DNA from: an uncultured delta proteobacterium
GTDB lineage: Bacteria; Desulfobacterota; Binatia; UBA9968
Direction of reading: 5' to 3'
Length of the DNA stretch: 64,000 nt
Assembly (NCBI GenBank): GCA_963847445.1
Contig: CAWJZV010000011.1
Coordinates: 32,001 to 96,000 of the forward strand
Below the pieces are notes generated by a model that was not told where the DNA came from, searched no databases, and saw only the letters and a list, made by a program, of their open reading frames with translations. Made by a program: the position numbers and the translations under genes. Every line of letters begins with the position of its first letter. Positions within the stretch are counted from its first letter, which is position 1. Shown here piece after piece: positions 40,982 through 52,872 of this stretch.

Positions 40982-43045
40982 ATGGGCCAGCGATCAGATC
41001 GATTGGCTGACAGGACGCGGGCCCAACGCCGTCGCGAACCGACCGCGGCGGCGGATCGCCTCGCGCCCAAGACAACCGCCCTGTGGTTCAGTACGATCTT
41101 TGCTATCGCGCTGCTGCTGCGATTTGTTCACCTTTGGCAGATCGAGGCGATGCCGCTCTTCTACAACCTCGCCGGCGACGGCCGGACTTACGACGAGTGG
41201 GCGCAGCGAATCGCCGCCGGTGACTGGCTTGGCAGCGGGGTATTTTACCAAGCGCCGTTATATCCCTATTTTCTCGCTGTCTGGCAATTTGCTTTTGGCC
41301 ACAACCTCTGGCTGATTCGTTTCTTGCAGATCCTCCTCGGGGCGTTGTCTTGCGCCTCGCTCTTTCTTGTCGGTGATAAATTGTTTTCTCGTTCGGCGGG
41401 CATCGCCGCTGGCTTGGTGCTGGCTATCTATGCACCGGCGATATTTTTCGACGCATTGATTGAAAAAAGCATTCTTGACTTGACGTTGCTCTGCCTGATG
41501 CTCTGTCTCCTGGTGAATGTCGGTCGAACCCATTCCCTGATGAAATGGCTCGGCGTTGGTTCGCTGCTTGGACTTCTGGGCCTGTCGCGCGAGAATGCCC
41601 TGATCTTGGCACCGCTTGTCGCCATCTGGATATTTGTTGAGCTTCCTCGCGAAGCGCCGGCGCTGCGCGCGCGCTGGCTCGGCTGCTTCCTGGCTGGTTT
41701 ATTATTGATTCTGGTCCCCGTCGGAATCCGCAACTTGATCGTTGGCGGCGAGTTCAAGCTCACCACCTCGCAGCTCGGGCCGAACTTCTTTATCGGCAAT
41801 AACCCGGTTGCCGACGGAACCTACGGATCGGTTAGGCAACTCATCAAAGAGGTTCAGCTGGAAGGTCCGGACGCTAAGCGCCTAGCTGAAAGAGCGAGCG
41901 GCCGTTCACTGACGCCAGGCGAGGTTTCCAGTTACTGGTTGCGCCAGTCGATCGCTTTTATCGAAGCCCAACCGGGTCAGTGGCTAAGCCTCTTGGCGCG
42001 GAAGTGGTTGTTGGTTTGGCATGCGCGCGAGATCGAGGACTCCGATGATTTTTACATCTACCGCCAGTTCTCGACGCCGCTGGCGCTTTTGGCGTGGCTC
42101 GCTCACTTCGGTGTACTTGCGCCGCTTGCCGCTGCCGGGATGTTTTTTACCTGGCGCGAGTGGCGCCGGCTGTGGCTCCTCCATGCGATGATCTTGGCGC
42201 TCGCCGGCAGTGTGGCGCTCTTTTTTGTCTTTGGCCGATATCGTTACCCGCTGGTGCCGTTTTAGCGCTGTTTGCCGGGGTAGCGATTGTCGAGTTTGTC
42301 CGGCTGTTGCGCCAAAAGAATTGGTCCCAAGCGATCAAGGCATCGATAGTTCTGGCAATCACAGCCGGGTTGGTGAACTGGCCGCTTGGCGGTCCATCCG
42401 GGCCGGGCGCCGCTGGCTATAATAACTTGGCCAATGCTTATTCGAAGCAGGGTAAGGTCGATGCAGCGATCGGCGCCGCCTTGCGCGCCCTGGAGATTCA
42501 ACCGGATTACGGAGTAGCCCACTATAACCTTGGCAATCTCTACATGCAGCAGGGCCGATTCGATCTAGCGCGGCGCCATTTTGAAGACTCGCTCCGGTTA
42601 CTGCCCAACTATGCCGAAGCCCATAGCAACTATGGCCAACTTCTCGCCGAAGGCGGCGATCTCGCGACCGGCATGGAACATTTCCAAAGGGCGATCAGGC
42701 TCGATCCGTCGGTCGGCCGGGCGCAGCTCAATCTTGGCGTCGCCCTGGCAAAAAACGGTCGGATGGACGAGGCGGTGGCGCCGCTGCAACGGGCCGCTGC
42801 GCTTAGTCCAGAGGCCGCCCGAGCCGATTTATTATTTGGGCAGCGTCTACGCGGCGCAGAATCGTTACGCCGAGGCGGAGGCGGCGTTTACCCAGGCACT
42901 GCAACGGCGCGGCGATTTTGCGCCGGCGCACCAGAGTTTGGCGCAGCTATTCGCGCTCCAAGGAAAACAGGCGCGGGCGATGCAGCATCATCAGGAAGCA
43001 GTTCGCTTGATGCAGCAAAGTGGCGCGAATTCGCCGGCAAGATAG
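40982..43045 (+). CDS. GT-C/PMT-like membrane glycosyltransferase with C-terminal TPRs (frameshifted)
   Basis: D..TYDEWA, FYQAPLYPYFLA, NFFIGNNP.ADG, RYRYP, then multiple TPRs (AHYNLGN, AHSNYG, AQLNLG). Confidence 0.78.
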
Positions 43046-43102
43046 TATCTCGATGTACCATGGCGCGGTTCCAAGGGGAAGCGCTTAACGCCGTGCCGGA
43101 AG

Positions 43103-45070
43103 CTATTGAACTCGCAAGACCAATGACGACGGTGGGTCGATGAGTTTAATAAACGGAATCGGATCGTCGGCTAGTTTGACGGCTTCGATGTTTGCGGCAG
43201 GCTCGCTGTTAAGGCCGGCGACCCAATGATATTTGAGCACGATTTCACCGCCTTTCAGGTCGCGAAGCTCCAAGCGATTGGCGCCGGCTTGGACTTTTCC
43301 GTCGCCCTCGACAAACCAGCTCAGGGGCTGATTTACTTTCATGAGATGGATCGGTCCGATGCGCCGATCGACAGTCACGAGACCGGGTATCGACAGCAGC
43401 TTCTCAACCGAAGCCGGATGAAAGGCGACTACCGCGCCGATGTTGTACAAACGCAAATAGTTGCGCAATTCGTCATCGGCGATGGCGCCGATGTCGCGCT
43501 TAAAAAGCTTGCCCGAATGAAACTCGGCGAAATGGTGGCGGTCATTGTAAAGATTGATCGGCCCGCCGATCAACTGCCGGCCGGTCAAGTGCGGCAGAAA
43601 AGATGACAGATACATGCCGTCGTAGACAAAGCCGGTTTCATCGCCGGATTCTTCGAAGAGCACTCTGGCTTCGCGCGGCGTTTCACGGCCAACCCAGTCG
43701 ACGATTGCGGTGATTTCCGGACAGCATGCGGGTACGCAGTTGCAGCTTGCCCAGCGACTCTGTCTGCACAAGATTGATTGCGAAGGCCAACCCGCCCAGG
43801 GCGATCATTGCCGGGACGAGGTGAAAGCGCAATGCTTTCTGACCGATAAGCCATTGATTGAGGCAATACGCCGCGCCAATCACCAGGAAAAGATCGAACG
43901 GGACTTTGAAACGCAACGGCTGCCACGCCGCCAGACCAGGAATGAAGGCGCCGAAGTAGGTTAACAGGAATAACACCGATAGACCGGCCGTGAGCGCAAT
44001 GCCGACAGGACGGTTGCCTTTCTTGATTAAGTCGATGGTTCCAAGCACGCCCAAAATCAACAGCATGAGGCGAAAGCCTTTTTCGACAAACGATGGACGA
44101 AACGTCCAATACCCCTTGGCGCCGAAATAATCGATCAAGAACGTCAACGGATCGCTGCTGGCAAACAGCGGCAGCTGGGCGACGATGGCTGAAGAAACGT
44201 CGTCTTGACGATGATTGAACGCGGTGATGAGCCAAGTGAAGTTTACCAAGGCGCAAATCGCCAGCGCTGCAACCAGCCAAAAAAATAGCGTTGCCGTCAT
44301 TCGTCGTGGCTGGACGATCAATAGCGCGATCATCGACGGCGCGAAAATAACTAGCGACTGGACATGCAGTGGTAGAATCACCGCCGCGAACAGGAGCCAG
44401 CCAACATGGAGCAGCCCTGGTTTCGGCGACTCCATGACCAAGCGGTAGAACAATGACACTCCCCAGACGCTGAAATAAGCAGCCACGGGAAAGCCGATCA
44501 TGCCGTAGAAGAACATTTCTCGCGGCAAGGAGTTCCACCAGTAGAGGGTTGCCCAACAAGGCAGCAGCCGAGGGCGATCATGTCTCTCGACTCGTGGTTG
44601 TAGAAAAAATTACGCCCGGCAAAATAGCTCAGCCCCGGTACGCTCGCCATGGCCAGGAATGCGGCGATCTTAAACCATTGAACCGGTGCCAATGCGATGG
44701 TCGAAAGCCCAAGGGCGGCGAACTCAAAAAACTTGACGCTTAAGTCTTGGATCGTGTTCGATGGATAGCCGGCCATGAAGTAGGGGTTGTAGCCCGACAA
44801 ACCAGCGCTATCGCGCCAGAAAGCTTCCAGTGATTTCAGATGATGGAAATGCAGCCCCCAGTCCTGGTCGATCAGCGGCTGGTTGCCAAATAGCGCGTAG
44901 ATTGTTTCAAAGCTCAGCGCGAGGGCAAAGGCATGGAGTATAAGCACTACACCGGCCCATCTGGGGAAATGGTAATTGTGTCCGGCGGTCCAGCCGCGAT
45001 GCCATCGGGAGCGCGCCGCTGCCGGTGGGTCGTTGGTTGGTTTTTTTCTTTGAGGCCGGCTTTTTGCCAA
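43103..45070 (-). CDS. Polytopic membrane protein, probable GT-C fold (frameshifted)
   Basis: DQDWGLH, YNPYFMAGYP, multiple TM segments, QPLRF, soluble C-terminal domain with YLRLYNIGAVV. Confidence 0.6.
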
Positions 45071-45103
45071 GGTGCACCAGCGCTTTGGGATGAGATCGAC
45101 CAG

Positions 45104-47188
45104 CTAATCGTTGAGTATCGGTGGGTACTCGCGCTTTTGGACCGTGGGATCCGAATAATAGTCGATTTGGATTTTACGCCAGGTGTTCAGACGGGTTGCC
45201 AGCTCCCTGACAATCACTGGCTCGGTGGCGGCCAGATCCTGTTTCTCCCCAGGATCCGTTTGTAGATTGAAGAGCCGATGTTCTCGCAGTCTTTCATCAA
45301 AGATGAGTTTGAAGCCCGCGCGCACGATACCGTATTGATACGCGTCCGGTGTTTGGGCGACCATATACGCGGCTCGGCCGGGGTTCTCCGGCGTGGCGAA
45401 GAGATCGATTCCTTGGAAGCTTGGATGATTGGGCAGGCCAAGCAGTCCAGTGATCGACGGCGCGATGTCGACATGTTGGGCGAGGCGATTCTCACGCCCA
45501 GCTTTGAGTCCGGGCGCACGGATGATCAAGGGAACGCGCATGACTTCGTCGAAGATCGCACTCGCATGCGACGCAAACCCATGTTCATAAAAAGCTTGGC
45601 CGTGGTCGCCGGTGATAATCACCAGGGTGTTGTCCCACTTGTTCTTGAGTTTGAGATGTTGAATAAAACGCTGAATTTGAGAATCAACGTACGCTAGGCT
45701 ATCCGCATATACATCTTTGACGATCTCTACCTTATCCTTCGGGAAGTGGGCGAAGCGAATCGTGAAGTCGAGTTTCGCTGGTCCAAATCGTCGCGGAAAG
45801 TCCGGCGGAATGGGGTAAGGGAGATGGCTGTTCTGAAAATTTAGCGCCACAAAGAAGGGATCGTTACCAAGGCCATCAAGCCATTCAAGGGCTTCATCGA
45901 CGGTCGTGCGGTCATCGAGGCTCCCGGCATGGTTGGAGTCTCGAGCCCAAGCGGCGAATCCGGCATCTCCTGCCATGAGATAGGTCGGCTTCTTTGAATT
46001 GGCGGCATGAATAAATCGATCGAGGTTGCCAGTTTCTAAATAGTTGTTCATGCCGCTCCAATTTTCGTTCGATGACGAGAAAATCGCGGTGCGATAACCG
46101 AGAGCCTTAAGCAAGTCGTAGATCAACACTCGTGGATAAGTCGGATTTTTCGGATAGCTATACATGGTTGCCGAGCGTAGCGGATAATGCGACGACAGCG
46201 GCACGACGGTAGCGTAATTGGTGTGGCTCGACTGGGTGTAGCTGTTCAGGAAGACCCGCGCTTCGCTGGCGAGTTGGTCCAGCGCCGGCATGACCTCCCG
46301 ACTACCGCCGTACGCGCGCAATTGATCGGCGCGCAGCGATTCGACGGTTAGCAGCACGACGTTCCACTGGTGGTGCGGTTTTTGCCGAGCCAAAACGGTG
46401 TATTGATCGACCGGCATGAGCGGCCGTTGCGATATCCGAAAACTCTTGTCGAGGGGGAGTCCAGTTACCGAATCACTTTGCTGCTTGAAAATTTCGGCGA
46501 ACGCAAAAGACCAGGGGCCGGAGATATTTTCGCGCAGTCTGGCGTAGACGATCCCAGCCTTGGTGGATTTACGATCGCCGCCTTGGCTGTAGACCAAGCC
46601 GAGCAGCGCGCCGATGGCAAAAGCAACGATCGCTCGGCCGCCGATTCGCATTAACGGGAGCCGAGCTGTTGACGCATGCGCCGCGACCCAGCGCGGAATC
46701 GCCACGGCGAGGACAAAGGCGCCGACCCCGGCGACCGCGACGATGGAAAAGGCTATATCGAAGTCGACCCAATGGAAAACCTGCAGCGGATGGGGCGCCA
46801 GAAAGATGAACACTTGTTTGCCGATAAAGCTGCCGGTTTGCCAGAATAGACTCCAGCTCGCGCCATAGAGTATGAGCACTAGCCAAACCAGCGATGCGCC
46901 AAGCAGGCGGATGATCCAAATTGTCCTGGACCCAGGGGAGAAATATCTCTGAATGGCGATGCCCCCGGTCGTCAGCGCGGCGCCGATGACAAAGGTCACG
47001 AATGTAAGGAGAGTGACCGACTCGCTGAAAAGCAGCAGTTGGGCGCCAAGAGGCAATTCGAGACTATGAAACGCGCTACGCGAAATGAATACGAATAAAG
47101 TAAACTCGAGAATCACCAAAACGCACCACGCTAGCATTATGGCGGTTAGGTTCGGTCGTAAGCTGGAATACAGAGGAGTTTCTAGCAT
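45104..47188 (-). CDS. Membrane-anchored sulfatase/LTA-synthase-like protein
   Basis: 5 N-terminal TM segments; NVVLLTVESLRAD, SSHT (Thr nucleophile), SHLPY, TGDHG, HVDIAPSI. Confidence 0.85.
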   Translation of the reverse strand: MLETPLYSSLRPNLTAIMLAWCVLVILEFTLFVFISRSAFHSLELPLGAQLLLFSESVTLLTFVTFVIGAALTTGGIAIQRYFSPGSRTIWIIRLLGASLVWLVLILYGASWSLFWQTGSFIGKQVFIFLAPHPLQVFHWVDFDIAFSIVAVAGVGAFVLAVAIPRWVAAHASTARLPLMRIGGRAIVAFAIGALLGLVYSQGGDRKSTKAGIVYARLRENISGPWSFAFAEIFKQQSDSVTGLPLDKSFRISQRPLMPVDQYTVLARQKPHHQWNVVLLTVESLRADQLRAYGGSREVMPALDQLASEARVFLNSYTQSSHTNYATVVPLSSHYPLRSATMYSYPKNPTYPRVLIYDLLKALGYRTAIFSSSNENWSGMNNYLETGNLDRFIHAANSKKPTYLMAGDAGFAAWARDSNHAGSLDDRTTVDEALEWLDGLGNDPFFVALNFQNSHLPYPIPPDFPRRFGPAKLDFTIRFAHFPKDKVEIVKDVYADSLAYVDSQIQRFIQHLKLKNKWDNTLVIITGDHGQAFYEHGFASHASAIFDEVMRVPLIIRAPGLKAGRENRLAQHVDIAPSITGLLGLPNHPSFQGIDLFATPENPGRAAYMVAQTPDAYQYGIVRAGFKLIFDERLREHRLFNLQTDPGEKQDLAATEPVIVRELATRLNTWRKIQIDYYSDPTVQKREYPPILND

Positions 47189-47710
47189 CGGTGATGAGCT
47201 TTACAGTTATGCGCTAACGCCCTCGCTATGATGGTTTGAACATGACTAAGCGGCTTGAGCGACAATTTGCCTCCGATGAAGAGTTAAATCGAGAGGCCTC
47301 GGGGATAGCGTCATGGGGACACTGAGCCTCCCATGAACACTGCAAAGAAAATTCCGCAGCAGCACAAAATTGTCAAAAAGACTCATGAAGCGTATTTGCC
47401 AATCGACTGACGAGTTGGTTTGCCCTGTGCAAAAATACCCACAAGCGCGGCCATGTACAAGCATGAAATCGGCGCGGGTAAGCGCCGATAGGTGAGAATA
47501 GGGTTTGAACGCGATTTAATAGTATGTTCTGTTTGAGCATCTCTCGAGACCACATGAAGCTTGGCGGGTTGTCGCAGATTGACGACGAAGAAAACGTTCT
47601 TTCATGCGTAGCACTGCTCATTTTCACTTGGCTCGTGAAAACTCACATGCGACAAACCGGCGCAACGGTTTGGCATTATAAGTAATTCGATTAGCGTCTT
47701 GGCCGATACG

Positions 47711-49210
47711 ATGAATTCTCCTGCGGGCTCTTTAGTCCACTGGCAACAGCGTGACCGGTGGACCGCGGTCGCCATACTCCTGGTTTGTTGGGTATTGTTT
47801 GCAACGGTCGAGCAGCGTCCGTTTACCCTGCAAGGTGCCGTGGTCGAAGCGCTTGTGGAGCGCGGCCGATTGCATTTTGTTGACGGCAACATCAAGGACG
47901 TCGCCAATGAACGGGTATTCGAAAACCTCGACACCAAGACCGCTGCCTTCCGTGAACTTTTCAATATTTTCCCCTACGGGGGCAGGTACTATGTGAATCA
48001 TGCCCCCGGACAATTTCTTCTGGCGGCGCCATGGTATGCCGTATGCGTGCATTTGGGATGGCGATTCGAGACCCACGAGCCTCTGGTGTGGAAAATCTTG
48101 GTCTGGAGCTTAACCGCGCCACTGGGCGCGCTCGGCGTCATGGCGCTTTTTGTCCTGGGACGGCACTGGGAAATTCCATGGCTCGCCGCGGCCTTCGCGA
48201 GCATGACGGTTGCCTTATCGAGTCCGTGGTGGGCTGCCTCTGGAGTGCTCTATCATGACGGTCTGGCGATTACTCTCATTCTCCTTGGCCTGGTGATCTG
48301 GCAGTGCCGATCAACCGACAATGGCCTTGGCGCATCCTTCTGTGCGCTGGCTGCTGGCTTTCTCCTCGCATTCGCCGTGGTGACGACCTATTTGGTGCTG
48401 CCGATCGTTTTGCTGATTTGCGTGTACTTAATGGTCAGCCACCCAACGCGCCGCTCCATGGTTTGTTTCGCGTTGGCGTTCTTGCCGACGCTGGCAATTC
48501 TGCCGATCTCAAACGCGATGGTTTTTGGATCGCCTTTCGCGACCGGTTATTCGGCCGGCGGATTCGACCAGAATTTTCCGTCGCCCCTTAACCTGTCTAA
48601 TGCTTGGGAGAAGATGGGATTTTACCTATGGCGGTCGGAGTATGGCTTACTCGGGTCGTTCCCGGTGTATTTTTTAGGGGCTATCGGGCTCACGCTCGGC
48701 GCACCGCTCAAACCCCGCGTGCGGCATATGTTGATGCTTTTAGCGGCAGTCCATTTTTTGTTTATTATTACTATGGAGCATCATGGGTCGGTGGGTTGGG
48801 GCATGGGCCGTTTTTTTCTGCCCTTGTATCCGATTCTCGCGTTGGGGCTGCCGGCATTCTTTCATCTCGCGGGTTGGCCAGGAATGGTCGCCCGCGGGCT
48901 GGTCTTTTGCACGCTATTCTATAGCGTAGTGTTCGCGGTGGCGGCGACAAATTACGGCGTGCAAGGCGTAATGACGCCGAACGTATGGACACTCAAGCAA
49001 CGAATCATGGCAGATTACGGCGATTTTCACCAAAGGCTATTTTGGTTGGCACTTGTCGCCGGGATACTGGGAGAGGCGATCTTTCAGGTGTTTTCCCAAG
49101 GGAAGGGAGCCGTGGCCTCTGGAAATGCGCGCGGATCGCACCCGAGAGACCGGCAGAAAAGTAAACTCCCGGTTTCGGCGGCGCCGCGCAAGCCCGGCAA
49201 AAAAAAATAA
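47711..49210 (+). CDS. Polytopic membrane protein, probable GT-C glycosyltransferase
   Basis: GRYY.NHAPG, GSPFATGY, GWGMGRFFLP; many TM segments. Confidence 0.55.
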   Translation: MNSPAGSLVHWQQRDRWTAVAILLVCWVLFATVEQRPFTLQGAVVEALVERGRLHFVDGNIKDVANERVFENLDTKTAAFRELFNIFPYGGRYYVNHAPGQFLLAAPWYAVCVHLGWRFETHEPLVWKILVWSLTAPLGALGVMALFVLGRHWEIPWLAAAFASMTVALSSPWWAASGVLYHDGLAITLILLGLVIWQCRSTDNGLGASFCALAAGFLLAFAVVTTYLVLPIVLLICVYLMVSHPTRRSMVCFALAFLPTLAILPISNAMVFGSPFATGYSAGGFDQNFPSPLNLSNAWEKMGFYLWRSEYGLLGSFPVYFLGAIGLTLGAPLKPRVRHMLMLLAAVHFLFIITMEHHGSVGWGMGRFFLPLYPILALGLPAFFHLAGWPGMVARGLVFCTLFYSVVFAVAATNYGVQGVMTPNVWTLKQRIMADYGDFHQRLFWLALVAGILGEAIFQVFSQGKGAVASGNARGSHPRDRQKSKLPVSAAPRKPGKKK

Positions 49211-49265
49211 TCATTGGCGCGGGCAAGCGTCCGCACGATCGTTAGACTCCAGCTCGACGAATTAG

Positions 49266-51290
49266 ATGAAGGCGAAGAAAACCTCGCGCCGCATAACGGC
49301 GGTTTCACGAACGGCTCCGGTGACGGGTCATCTGTCCGCGCCACAGCTGCAGACTTTTCTTAACGGTTGGCGAATGCTAGCGGAGCCGAGTGTTTTTCAG
49401 TCGATCGTTATTGCAGTCACCTTTTTGGTCTTTTTACCGGTACTCAACAATGGTTTTGTTGATTCCGACAGGCGGCTGCTTGTCGAAAACCTCGGCTATC
49501 GTGGGCTCGGCTGGGCGCAGCTTCAATGGATGTTCACGGCTTTTCATTTCGGTCAGTTCCACCCAGTCGCCTGGTTGAGTCTCGGTATCAACCATCTGTT
49601 TTGGTGGACCGACCCGTTTGGCTATCATTTAATAAATTTGTCTGTCCATATCGTCAACGCCGTGATCTTCTATCACATCGCTGTGGCGCTGTTTGTTCAC
49701 TGGCAAAGGGCCGATTCATACCCAGGCGTGAAGTGGTTTGGTTTGCCCGCTGCGATTGCTGCTCTTAGCTTTGCGCTCCATCCGCTCCGGGTCGAATCCG
49801 TGGCATGGGCGTCTACGCGAGGAGAACTCATCGCTGCGATGTTTTTTCTCTTGAGTCTGTTAATTTATCTCAAGGCAAAGGCCGGCGCGGCAGTGGGTGT
49901 AATGAGCGCAGCCTGGAGATTTGCCTCGCTAGGGACATTTCTGCTTAGTCTTTTAGCCGGACCGAGTGGATTTTTTCTGCCCGCGGTCTTGGCGATCATG
50001 CACCACTATGCCGGAAGGGGGGAGGGCAGTCCGAAAAGCGATATGGCGGGCAGCGCGGGACGATCGTTAAGATATCATTTGCCCTATATACTCCTGTCGG
50101 GTGCGTATGCGGTCGTGGCGGTCATCGCCGGTCGTTATGATGATCCATCCCCCCCGACTGCGCACCGAAGTAACGTACTCTATTGGGCTCTGGATCAGCT
50201 CGCAGCACCGGCGCTTTATCTATGGAACGCACTACTGCCGATCGGTTTGACGCCGGCTTACGAGTTAACGGCGTCGTCTACGGCGGTATTTATCGCGGCG
50301 AGTATGGGTCTCGGCGCACTCGCTGTTGTCCTGCGGCAGAAGTGGCCGGCATTAGTCCCGTTGTGGCTTTGTTATGTATTGCTATTGCTACCGGTTTTCC
50401 GGGACGGGTTTCCGGCCGAGCAGGTCTTCGCCGACCGCTTCACCTACCTTGCCGCGCTGCCCTGGGCGCTGTTGATCGGCGCCTGTGCTGAACGCGCTCT
50501 CTATGTTGTTGCGGTGCGAGGAATGCGAACCCCGGTGTTGGTTTCCTGTGCATCCATCCTGGTTGCCGGGTTAACCACTTTAGGGGTGCTCACTTGGCGG
50601 CAAATTCCGCTGTGGCAAGACGCTGAGACTCTATGGAGAAATGCTGTTGCGGTGAATCCTACCAGCTCAGCTTATTACAATCTCGCGATGCTGTCCGAGT
50701 CACAAGGAAATTACGGCGACGCAGTTGCGTCATACCGGCGCGCGGTAGAGCTCAACCCAGAACGCTGGGACGCTCACGAACGTGCGGGCGCGTTACTGTA
50801 TAAACAAGGAAAGATGGCCGAAGCGCTCGAACACTACCGGGTGTTTGTTCAATTCAATCCAAACAGCATCGAAGCTCGAGAAAACTTAGCTACAGCTCTG
50901 GTCAACCAAGCCCAGCCCCGCGAAGCTGTGGAGCACCTAAGAAAGCTCATACAATTATCACCTGAAGCCAATCGAGTGCGGGTCAAGCTCGGGACAGTTT
51001 TGGCTGTCGAAGGCCGCCTAGACGAGGCGGCGGAAGTCTTAGCCATTGCGGCAAAACAAGAGCCGAAGGATGGCCGCATTCTCTTGCAGCTAGGGCGGAT
51101 TCTCGCCGCCCAGGGAAAACTCGACAACGCGATAGTCCATTTCCGCGAAGCGGCAAAACTGCTGCCCAACGATGCCGAAGCCCAAGAAAGCTTAGGTCGC
51201 GGTCTGTTGGAAGTCGGAAGAAAAGATGAAGGTGCCAAGCACTTAGCAGAAGCGGTGCGCATACTACGGTCGAGCCCGACGGCGAGGTGA
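49266..51290 (+). CDS. TMTC-like membrane protein with TPR repeats (putative protein O-glycosyltransferase)
   Basis: NGFVD, FHPVAWLS, YHLINL..HIVN, FALHPLRVESVAW, ADRFTYL, W.D.ETLW, followed by TPRs. Confidence 0.85.
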   Translation: MKAKKTSRRITAVSRTAPVTGHLSAPQLQTFLNGWRMLAEPSVFQSIVIAVTFLVFLPVLNNGFVDSDRRLLVENLGYRGLGWAQLQWMFTAFHFGQFHPVAWLSLGINHLFWWTDPFGYHLINLSVHIVNAVIFYHIAVALFVHWQRADSYPGVKWFGLPAAIAALSFALHPLRVESVAWASTRGELIAAMFFLLSLLIYLKAKAGAAVGVMSAAWRFASLGTFLLSLLAGPSGFFLPAVLAIMHHYAGRGEGSPKSDMAGSAGRSLRYHLPYILLSGAYAVVAVIAGRYDDPSPPTAHRSNVLYWALDQLAAPALYLWNALLPIGLTPAYELTASSTAVFIAASMGLGALAVVLRQKWPALVPLWLCYVLLLLPVFRDGFPAEQVFADRFTYLAALPWALLIGACAERALYVVAVRGMRTPVLVSCASILVAGLTTLGVLTWRQIPLWQDAETLWRNAVAVNPTSSAYYNLAMLSESQGNYGDAVASYRRAVELNPERWDAHERAGALLYKQGKMAEALEHYRVFVQFNPNSIEARENLATALVNQAQPREAVEHLRKLIQLSPEANRVRVKLGTVLAVEGRLDEAAEVLAIAAKQEPKDGRILLQLGRILAAQGKLDNAIVHFREAAKLLPNDAEAQESLGRGLLEVGRKDEGAKHLAEAVRILRSSPTAR

Positions 51291-51380
51291 GTTTCTTGCC
51301 AAGGCGTTGCACCGAACAGCGCCGACAATAGTACGCTGATCTATTCAGTTTGAATTCTTGCGAGAGTCATAGAGGGTCGA

Positions 51381-52124
51381 TTGACACCACCGGGTTTTTA
51401 TCTTTCCATTGTTGTTCCGGCGTACAATGAGGCGGCAAGGTTGCCGAGCACCCTGCAACGCATCCAGGAATATTTGTCGCGGTTTTCGATCAGCGCTGAG
51501 ATTATCGTGGTTCTCGATGGGCCAACCGATGCGACCCGCGAAATCGCGCGCGCGGCGGCACGCGATGTGCCCCAACTCAAGATCCTTGATCGCAAAATCA
51601 ACCGCGGCAAAGGCTTTACGGTCAGGGAAGGCATGCTCGCCGCCTCGGGACAGATTCGGCTGTTTTGCGATGCCGACAATTCCACTGATATCGCTCACTT
51701 TGACAAAATGAAGCCGCTGTTCGACCAGGGCTACGATATTGTCATCGCGTCGCGCAGCGCTAAGGACGCACCCGAGGCGCTGCAAGTGGTTTCCCAGGCC
51801 TGGTACAAGCGCGCTCTTGGCCGGCTCGGTAATCGGATTGTGCAGATCGCCGCGGTGCCGGGAATCTGGGATACCCAGTGCGGCTTTAAGGCCTTTCGCG
51901 CCGAAGCGGCGGAGCGGATCTTCGCACAGACGACCATTGAACGCTGGGGATTCGATATCGAAGTGTTGGCGCTGGCGCAACGGCTGGGCTACAAGATCGG
52001 CATCGTTTCGGCGCGCTGGCTCAACGACGACCGCAGCAATGTAAAATTGTCAGACTATCTCCATGTTCTCGGCGACACCTTCACCGTGCGGCGCAATCTG
52101 TTAAGCGGAAAGTATCGGTTGTGA
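51381..52124 (+). CDS. GT2 dolichyl/polyprenyl-phosphate glycosyltransferase (ALG5/DPG-synthase-like)
   Basis: LSIVVPAYNE..RL, NRGKG..VR.GM, F.DAD.ST, DTQCGFK.F, WGFDIE. Confidence 0.9.
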   Translation: MTPPGFYLSIVVPAYNEAARLPSTLQRIQEYLSRFSISAEIIVVLDGPTDATREIARAAARDVPQLKILDRKINRGKGFTVREGMLAASGQIRLFCDADNSTDIAHFDKMKPLFDQGYDIVIASRSAKDAPEALQVVSQAWYKRALGRLGNRIVQIAAVPGIWDTQCGFKAFRAEAAERIFAQTTIERWGFDIEVLALAQRLGYKIGIVSARWLNDDRSNVKLSDYLHVLGDTFTVRRNLLSGKYRL

Positions 52125-52152
52125 GGATCGCGTGAGACTCGCCGCAACCGGC

Positions 52153-52872
52153 TCAGTGGGCCAACAGCGTGCCCATCCAACTGACCGCTAGGCCAATGGC
52201 GAGAAAAACCAGCGTCAGCGGATTGCGCTGCTCGATGCGGTGCACATGGGGCAATATGTCGGCGGTGGCGATGGCCAGGAAAGTGCCGGCGGACAAGCCG
52301 ATGGCGACGGCGACATTCTCTGGAGAGAGCGTGCGGAAGCAGAAAAAAGCCAGCAGCGCGCCGATGGGGGTGGTGAGGGAAAACAGCAGATTGAGCTTGC
52401 CGACTTTATGGCGCTCCCAGCCGGCGGAGAGCAGGATCGACGAGATCGACATGCTGTCGGGCATCTTGTGAATGATCACGGCGAGCAACACCACCGGGCC
52501 GAGCTGCGGCAGAATCAGACCGGCGCCGAGCGCGATGCCGTCGAGCAAACTGTGCAACGAGATGCCGAGGAACGCTGGGATACCCATTTGATGGACGTCG
52601 CAGTCGTGTTCTTCGCAGGCATGGACGAAGACAAACCGTTCCATGACGAAGATCAGCAGGAAACCGGCCAGCACCGGCAAGCCGAGGTTTTCTCCCAGTA
52701 CTTTTCCGGTCTCGGGCAACATGTGAAAAAACACCGCGCCGAGCAAGACCCCGGCGCTAAAACTGAGCAGCAGGGCGAGGGCGCGTTGCGACAACGCCCG
52801 CATCAATGGCAGGAAGCCGCCGAGCAGCGAGATGAAAACCACCGTCGGCAAATATATCGCTAAAGCAGACAT
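52153..52872 (-). CDS. ZIP-family metal transporter
   Basis: FSAGVLLG..F.HMLPE, HACEEHDCDVH, HSLLDG, HKMPD, AGTFL.IA..DILP. Confidence 0.9.
   Translation of the reverse strand: MSALAIYLPTVVFISLLGGFLPLMRALSQRALALLLSFSAGVLLGAVFFHMLPETGKVLGENLGLPVLAGFLLIFVMERFVFVHACEEHDCDVHQMGIPAFLGISLHSLLDGIALGAGLILPQLGPVVLLAVIIHKMPDSMSISSILLSAGWERHKVGKLNLLFSLTTPIGALLAFFCFRTLSPENVAVAIGLSAGTFLAIATADILPHVHRIEQRNPLTLVFLAIGLAVSWMGTLLAH

Noticed and set aside
47190-47700. Riboswitch or small gene in the 500-nt divergent intergenic region
   Set aside because: No consensus I can recognise and the short ORFs lack motifs; an Rfam scan would be needed.
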